From contig CAZRJS010000005.1 in NCBI GenBank assembly GCA_964600565.1, positions 1 through 39,119 on the forward strand: a DNA stretch of 39,119 nt, read 5' to 3'. The notes below the pieces were generated by a model that did no database searches, was not told the DNA's origin, and worked only from the letters and a program-made list of their open reading frames with translations. Both the position numbers and the translations under genes were made by a program. Positions 33,889 through 39,119 of the stretch are shown here, piece after piece (position 1 is the stretch's first letter; each line of letters opens with the position of its first letter). Source of the DNA: Candidatus Woesearchaeota archaeon (GTDB lineage: Archaea; Nanobdellota; Nanobdellia; Pacearchaeales; GW2011-AR1).

Positions 33889-35001
33889 TTACTCATTAAA
33901 TTTTTTATCAATATATTCTATAAGATTGCTTCCTTCAATTCTTGTGCTTGCAGGACCAATTCTTATATAAAAATTCTCATTATCTTCTTCTTTTAAAAAA
34001 ACAGGAGATTTACTCCTTGCACATCTAATTTCTAAAATAAACTTATTTTTTATCTTTACTAATTCAAAATTAATTAAAGAAATGTATTTTTTTCCTATTT
34101 TTTCCTTGATAAGATTTGTAAAATGTAATAAAAACTTATCATTACTTGAAAAATTATCTTTATCAATCCCAATTATCTCCCCTTTATCTCCCACCCCAAT
34201 CAAGAGAATTCCTCCTTCAGAATTTAAAAAAGCATTTATAGTTTTCAGGACAGCATATTCAACTTTTTTATCAATTTCCTGAGTATACAAATTTTTTCTT
34301 AGTGTAGATTTGAACTCTAAATTACCACTCTCTCCAACCTCTAATAAATTTTCAACATCACTAACTGTATTCTTTTTCCTAAAGTGAAGATTTGGATTTG
34401 ATTTTTCAAACATCTCTATTATTTTTTTAAAAAAAGAAATTCTGCCCCTCATGTAAAAATATCCAATAACCGAAGCTATAATTGAACCAAGGGTAACTGA
34501 AATCATTAGATTCATTGTAAAAATATAGATATTATCACTAAGTGTATGTTTAAGTATAAATTTCAAACAATATTTGGAAAGTTCAATTAAAAATCCTGTT
34601 GTAACAGAAAAACAAAATGCAAATAATGAAATAAATAAAGGGTCTTTTTTTATTTTTCCATTTGAATAAAGAATTAACATAATTAAAAAACCAAAAAATC
34701 CCATTGCAATACCAAAAAAAATTGGTGTGACTAAACTGCTAATTTTCCTTGAAAAAAATGCAATAATCACAAAAATTAACAGTAAAAATTCAAATTCTTT
34801 TGGAATTTTTATTTTATGACTTTTCTTAATTAATTGGGGAAGAAATAATAACAAAAGCAATAACAGACTAATAGACATCATATGCCATAAATTATAATAA
34901 ACACTGCTAATCACAGAAACAAATAATAAAAATTTTAATATAACTGATAAAGAAGTGTTTATTTTTCTGGTTTTTTTATTAATCCAGTTTAAAAATTTCA
35001 T
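33889..35001 (-). CDS. multi-pass membrane protein fused to an AlbA_2 (Schlafen-like, divergent AAA) domain
   Basis: The N-terminal ~200 aa carry about six hydrophobic helices. The C-terminal domain has ESGNLEFKSTL...EYAVLKTINAFLNSEGGILLIGVGDKGEIIGI, the AlbA_2 signature. The track start at 35019 is a TTG; the first ATG is at 35001. Confidence 0.65.
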   Translation of the reverse strand: MKFLNWINKKTRKINTSLSVILKFLLFVSVISSVYYNLWHMMSISLLLLLLLFLPQLIKKSHKIKIPKEFEFLLLIFVIIAFFSRKISSLVTPIFFGIAMGFFGFLIMLILYSNGKIKKDPLFISLFAFCFSVTTGFLIELSKYCLKFILKHTLSDNIYIFTMNLMISVTLGSIIASVIGYFYMRGRISFFKKIIEMFEKSNPNLHFRKKNTVSDVENLLEVGESGNLEFKSTLRKNLYTQEIDKKVEYAVLKTINAFLNSEGGILLIGVGDKGEIIGIDKDNFSSNDKFLLHFTNLIKEKIGKKYISLINFELVKIKNKFILEIRCARSKSPVFLKEEDNENFYIRIGPASTRIEGSNLIEYIDKKFNE

Positions 35002-35066
35002 TAAAATAAAAGATTTCAAAGTTTAAAGATTTTTGGAAAAAAGATTTATATACTTCTATTGTTTTT

Positions 35067-35726
35067 ATGAAAATGGTAAAAAAAGAAGTTTCTAATTTGA
35101 ATTTGGCGAGGAAGAAAGGAAAAGGCACTAAATATTTTAAAAGAGGTCTTGTAGGGGTATTATTGACATTAGGACTTCTTGGTGGAGCAACTAAAGGAAA
35201 ACAGCTCTACGAATTTAGAAAAACTGAGGATGCTTTTGCTGGCGAATACATTCAAACAGTATTACCTTCTGTGGGTATAGAAACTAAATATAAAGATAAA
35301 AGAGATACCGAAGCCATTAGACTCGTGGGTGCTGAGATTTTTGCAAGAGAGGCAAGTACAAGAATAGGTGGAAAAAAAGGAAATCCTCGTTATGATGGGT
35401 TATTCGTTGCTGCAGATAAATATGCTAAAGAAAGAGGCATGTCTAAAGAAAATGCTTATGGAGAATTAACATTAATTGTGGGTAGAAATGGGGATTATTT
35501 TAGAATAGCAGATCAGATTGATGGGGAAATAGCTAAAGGGGCTATGAGCACAAAAGGAGCATTGAGAGTAATTGGAATTGCAGGATTTGTAGGAGGAATT
35601 ATCTTCATTGCACCAAATATCACAGGCAATATTGTTTCTGAATTTTCAAAGGCAAGTTCAAGCATGATAGGACTCGCACTTCTTTTGATTGGATTTATTT
35701 TAACTGCTATTTCTTTTAGAAAATAA
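35067..35726 (+). CDS. membrane protein, unknown function
   Basis: 219 aa with an N-terminal TM (LVGVLLTLGLLGG), a soluble middle and two C-terminal TM helices. TTTATATA upstream. Visibly less AT-rich than its neighbours. Confidence 0.5.
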   Translation: MKMVKKEVSNLNLARKKGKGTKYFKRGLVGVLLTLGLLGGATKGKQLYEFRKTEDAFAGEYIQTVLPSVGIETKYKDKRDTEAIRLVGAEIFAREASTRIGGKKGNPRYDGLFVAADKYAKERGMSKENAYGELTLIVGRNGDYFRIADQIDGEIAKGAMSTKGALRVIGIAGFVGGIIFIAPNITGNIVSEFSKASSSMIGLALLLIGFILTAISFRK

Positions 35727-35769
35727 GAATAATTCTGAACTTTATATTTTTAACTTTTTTAAAAAAATA

Positions 35770-35970
35770 CTAATTAATAAAAGTATGATATAATTTTCTT
35801 ACCTGAGATGTATTTCTTTTAGGTTCAATACCCTTAAAAAAATATTCTTTTCCTTTAACCATTTTTAACTCCCTGCCATTTTCACTTAAGAATATTATTT
35901 TAGAATGATCGTCCACAAAAGATTGATATATATCTTTTTTTTGTGTCTCAGTTGCATCTTCTAAATTCAT
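35770..35970 (-). CDS. hypothetical small protein downstream of DNA ligase
   Basis: The track ORF starts at a GTG (35985). The first ATG at 35970 gives a 66-aa product, MNLEDATETQKK... No family recognised. Confidence 0.35.
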   Translation of the reverse strand: MNLEDATETQKKDIYQSFVDDHSKIIFLSENGRELKMVKGKEYFFKGIEPKRNTSQVRKLYHTFIN

Positions 35971-36008
35971 TTTAAAAATATTCACAATTTTATAATTCTA
36001 TATCTATT

Positions 36009-37733
36009 TTAACCATATTTATAATTTTCTTTTTTCTGATTCATTAATTCCTCTTCTATTTCCTTAATAGTGTTTATCTCACTAAGAGGTTTATCTTCTC
36101 TAAGAGCTGTAAATCTTGGGAATCTTAAAGCAATCCCAGAATTATAATTTGGAGATTTTTGAATTTCTTGATATGTAACTGAAACAATAATTTTAGGTTT
36201 TATTGTAACTGTTTTTCCTTTTTCTTTAATAATCAAAGGTTTTAATTTTTCTGATAATTCTCCATAAGAAAGGCTATTTTCTTCATCACTTTTTTTTTCT
36301 TTTAATCCTGTTGAAACTTTTCCAACTTCTAAATATTCTCCAGATTTTGAATTTTTACAAGACAAGATAAAACTTGTTAACCAACCAGAACGCTTTCCTG
36401 TACCATATTCTGCCCCGGTTATAACTAAATCAAGGTCTTGCTCTGCAGGTTTTATTTTTAACATATGCCCAACCCTTCTTCCAGGTTTATACTCTGCATC
36501 AAGTTTTTTCATCATTATCCCTTCTTGATTTTGTTTTAAAGCTTTTTTATAAAATTCTTTAGCTTTTTTTACATCACTGGTAATAATTTGTTTTGAGACT
36601 GCAATCTTATAAGGATAATTTTTTACAATTTTCCTCAAAAGTTTTGTCCTTTTTTTAAACGGTTCATCAAGAAAAGATTTCCCATTGTAATAAAGAATAT
36701 CAAAAACATTTATCTCTATTGGGAGTTTTTTTTGTAGTATCCCTATATCATATTTTCTCCTGATTCTCTGGCTTATAGATTGAAACGGGGTATATTTTTT
36801 TGTTTTTTTATCATATCCTACAGCTTCTGAATCTAATATAAATGATTTTCCTTTAACATATTTCTTTAAATAATCAACAACTTCTGGAAATTGTTTTGTT
36901 ACATTTTCTAAACTTCTTGTGAATAAAGTTAATTTCTCTGAATCATCTTTATGAATTATTAATCTAAATCCATCATATTTAAATTCTATAACACAGGGTT
37001 TTCCCAAATCTTTAAATCCTTGTTCAATAGATTCAGTCTTTTGAGCTAACATTGCTTTTATTGGTTTTCCAACTGTGATTGATATCTGTTCAAAATTTTT
37101 TAATCTGCCTTTTTTTGCTATTTCAAAAACAACTGCAGAATCATTTGAATTATCAAAGGCTCTTTGTATAGTCTTTGATGCTTCTTTTTTATCCTCAAAA
37201 AAAGCATTAGCAATTGAATTTCTTAGTGTGCTTTCCTGAACACCCATTCTCAAATCTCCTAATAAAGTTCTCACAATATATTTTGCTTCTAGAGGAGAGG
37301 CAGATGTTAAAAGTTCTGTTATAAAATTAATTTTTTTATTCACAGTTCCCTTACCCTCAAGATCAGGAAGTTTTCTTAAATTATCTAAAACTTTTTTAAT
37401 AGTTAGATTTGTTTTATGCAAGGTAGATTGGGATTTAATCTTAACTAATTTTTCAACAACCTCTCCCAAATCCCCTATTTTTTTCCATTCATTGATAGTG
37501 TTTTCTTTGTTTATTCCAATTGAGATTGAAATAGCTTTTATGGTTAATTGATTACTTATACCAATTTTTCTATCGTCGTAAGCAGCATAAATATTACCCA
37601 GAAGTAAATATAAAACCTCTGAATCCTCTTTTGGAATGTTTTTGAGAAAATTTGATAATAATTCTATTTTTTCTAATCTCTTACTTGTATTTTCAAGAGA
37701 TTGATATATTTCTGCAAGTTTTTTATAATCCAT
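36009..37733 (-). CDS. lig: ATP-dependent DNA ligase
   Basis: Adenylation motif I EFKYDGFR (KxDG) plus downstream nucleotidyltransferase and OB-domain motifs (EGIMMKK, MLKIKP); 574 aa. Confidence 0.9.
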   Translation of the reverse strand: MDYKKLAEIYQSLENTSKRLEKIELLSNFLKNIPKEDSEVLYLLLGNIYAAYDDRKIGISNQLTIKAISISIGINKENTINEWKKIGDLGEVVEKLVKIKSQSTLHKTNLTIKKVLDNLRKLPDLEGKGTVNKKINFITELLTSASPLEAKYIVRTLLGDLRMGVQESTLRNSIANAFFEDKKEASKTIQRAFDNSNDSAVVFEIAKKGRLKNFEQISITVGKPIKAMLAQKTESIEQGFKDLGKPCVIEFKYDGFRLIIHKDDSEKLTLFTRSLENVTKQFPEVVDYLKKYVKGKSFILDSEAVGYDKKTKKYTPFQSISQRIRRKYDIGILQKKLPIEINVFDILYYNGKSFLDEPFKKRTKLLRKIVKNYPYKIAVSKQIITSDVKKAKEFYKKALKQNQEGIMMKKLDAEYKPGRRVGHMLKIKPAEQDLDLVITGAEYGTGKRSGWLTSFILSCKNSKSGEYLEVGKVSTGLKEKKSDEENSLSYGELSEKLKPLIIKEKGKTVTIKPKIIVSVTYQEIQKSPNYNSGIALRFPRFTALREDKPLSEINTIKEIEEELMNQKKENYKYG

Positions 37734-37835
37734 AATTTCCTCCTTATTTATTTTTTAAAGAAAAAGATGTTTTTAAGTTTGTTTATAAAATTTTATTCCA
37801 GATAATTGGATTATTAAAATGTAAACTTAAAAAAT

Positions 37836-38117
37836 TCATTCAATTAGTTCTTCAACTTCTTTTTTTCCTTTTTCAAGTGCATTAATTTGTTCTTTATCTC
37901 TTTCAAGAAGTAATGCCTGAAATTCTCCAACATGCTCTTTTTCTTCTTTTGCGATATCTAACAAAACATTTTTAATTTTTTCATCTGAAACTATTGCAGC
38001 AAATTGCTCATAAAGATTTACAGCATCAAGCTCTGCAATAATCCCTAGTCTTAAAACTTCTTTATCAATATCTTCTTTACAAACTTTAGATAAATCAATA
38101 GGTTCTTTTGCAAGCAT
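37836..38117 (-). CDS. ferritin-like protein of the encapsulated-ferritin (EncFtn)/rubrerythrin-like type
   Basis: 93 aa. AELDAVNLYEQ and EEKEHVGEF reproduce the E..E/ExxH di-iron pattern I recall from EncFtn proteins. Confidence 0.55.
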   Translation of the reverse strand: MLAKEPIDLSKVCKEDIDKEVLRLGIIAELDAVNLYEQFAAIVSDEKIKNVLLDIAKEEKEHVGEFQALLLERDKEQINALEKGKKEVEELIE

Positions 38118-38139
38118 ATTTTAATGAGGACTCCATTAT

Positions 38140-38874
38140 TTATATACTTTTCTTTTTAATTGTTATCGGCATATAAACAATTCCTATTAAACTTTTTAAA
38201 ATCTTTTTCCCAGAATGCTTAAAATCTGTAAAAAATCTATACGACCATTCTAATCCTATGTTCTGCAAAAATTTTGGAGATTCCTTTTTCTTCTCATTTA
38301 TAAAATCAAGGGCTGCTCCAACATTAAATAAATACCCTTTCTCTAAATTATCATACAAATCCCCTGAGAGTATTTCTTGTTTAGGATTTCCAACACCTAC
38401 CCAGATAAAATCTACTTTTTCAGAATTAATAATTTTGGTAATTTTTTCAACTTCTTCCTTAGAAAAGCGAGATTTTTTTATATAAGGAGGATTATAACAA
38501 AGAACATTCTTTTCATTAAGGTAATTAAATTTATTTATTATTTTATTAATACTTTCTTTATCTTCACTATCTACTCCAATAAAAAGATGTTTTCTTTTTT
38601 CTGAAAGCTCTTTATCATTTAAGACAAATAAAGTGAAATCAGTTCCCCTATTTCTTTTTAATCGCAAAAAAAGTGATATTGGAAAACCATCTGCAGAATT
38701 TATACTACTTTTTTGCATATTATCTATTGATTCTGCAACATCTTTATCTGTTCTATAAAGATAAACACTATATAGATTAAGAAAATTAAATATTACCTTA
38801 TCTCTCTTATCATTTAATATAAATTCTCTCAAGTCTTCCCTATTTTTTTGAGTAAATTCAATTTTTTTTCTCAT
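38140..38874 (-). CDS. WecB/TagA/CpsF-family glycosyltransferase
   Basis: Family motifs VGVGNPKQE, GAALDF and GLEWSYRF appear in the expected order. Confidence 0.7.
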   Translation of the reverse strand: MRKKIEFTQKNREDLREFILNDKRDKVIFNFLNLYSVYLYRTDKDVAESIDNMQKSSINSADGFPISLFLRLKRNRGTDFTLFVLNDKELSEKRKHLFIGVDSEDKESINKIINKFNYLNEKNVLCYNPPYIKKSRFSKEEVEKITKIINSEKVDFIWVGVGNPKQEILSGDLYDNLEKGYLFNVGAALDFINEKKKESPKFLQNIGLEWSYRFFTDFKHSGKKILKSLIGIVYMPITIKKKSI

Positions 38875-38895
38875 TTTTTTAAAAGAATATGTTGT

Positions 38896-39119
38896 TTATA
38901 AATTTCCCATACTTAAAAATTCTAAATTTTTTCTCTCTTGCATTAAATCATATGTAGTCATCTCTGTAACTAGCTCGTCAAAACCTATTTCAGGACTCCA
39001 TCCTAATTTTTCTTTTGCTTTGCTGGAATCTCCTAGAAGAGTTTCTACTTCTGTAGGTCTAAAATATTTTTTATCTATTTCAATTATTACCTTGTTTGTA
39101 TTTCTATCAATGGCTTTTT
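38896..39119 (-). CDS. gmd: GDP-mannose 4,6-dehydratase, C-terminal fragment (truncated by the window edge)
   Basis: My translation of the minus strand is KAIDRNTNKVIIEIDKKYFRPTEVETLLGDSSKAKEKLGWSPEIGFDELVTEMTTYDLMQERKNLEFLSMGNL*. The YFRPTEVETLLGD..KA.EKLGW.PE block is the conserved Gmd C-terminus. Stop codon at 38896-38898. Confidence 0.75.
   Translation of the reverse strand, partial: KAIDRNTNKVIIEIDKKYFRPTEVETLLGDSSKAKEKLGWSPEIGFDELVTEMTTYDLMQERKNLEFLSMGNL

Noticed and set aside
1-39119. CRISPR arrays, rRNA genes, IS elements or integrases, and a non-standard genetic code.
   Set aside because: No regularly spaced direct repeats and no rRNA-like conserved blocks were seen. No DDE or tyrosine/serine recombinase motifs appear in any ORF. 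Long uninterrupted ORFs with canonical motifs under the standard code argue against stop-codon reassignment.

Overview
This is a very AT-rich, gene-dense archaeal chromosome segment, with most genes on the minus strand. It is dominated by information-processing housekeeping genes: tRNA-Asn, aIF-1A, aIF-2 beta, aCPSF1, proteasome beta, Rad50, Mre11, an Mtq2/HemK-like methyltransferase, RNase J, aRF1, ValRS, Sec61-beta, NAC, MCM, a TrmB regulator, TBP, ATP-dependent DNA ligase, and a TagA-like glycosyltransferase next to a GDP-mannose dehydratase fragment. The small proteins, short spacers, TATA-like boxes about 23-30 nt upstream of many ATGs and the gene content suggest a reduced-genome (DPANN-like) archaeon; that is inference only. 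I saw no rRNA, CRISPR array, transposase, integrase or reverse transcriptase.

Observations worth a second look:
- A full-size LAGLIDADG intein sits in aRF1 exactly after the catalytic GGQ glutamine, with a GGQ-methyltransferase homolog 2 kb away.
- mre11 and rad50 are uncoupled by a 3.3-kb insert. It holds a wHTH/RelE-like pair and a recent ~868-bp tandem duplication that captured the 3' end of the neighbouring gene.
- A four-gene islet of unrecognisable small proteins lies between aRF1 and ValRS and carries a perfect 34-nt direct repeat.
- MCM, a P-loop NTPase and an OB/winged-helix protein form a tight operon.
- A second, diverged wHTH/RelE-like pair sits in decayed, locally GC-richer non-coding DNA.
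- A multi-pass membrane protein is fused to an AlbA_2 (Schlafen-like) domain.
- A 79-nt intergenic repeat occurs upstream of RNase J and TBP.

All functional calls rest on motifs read by eye in the translations; no searches were run.
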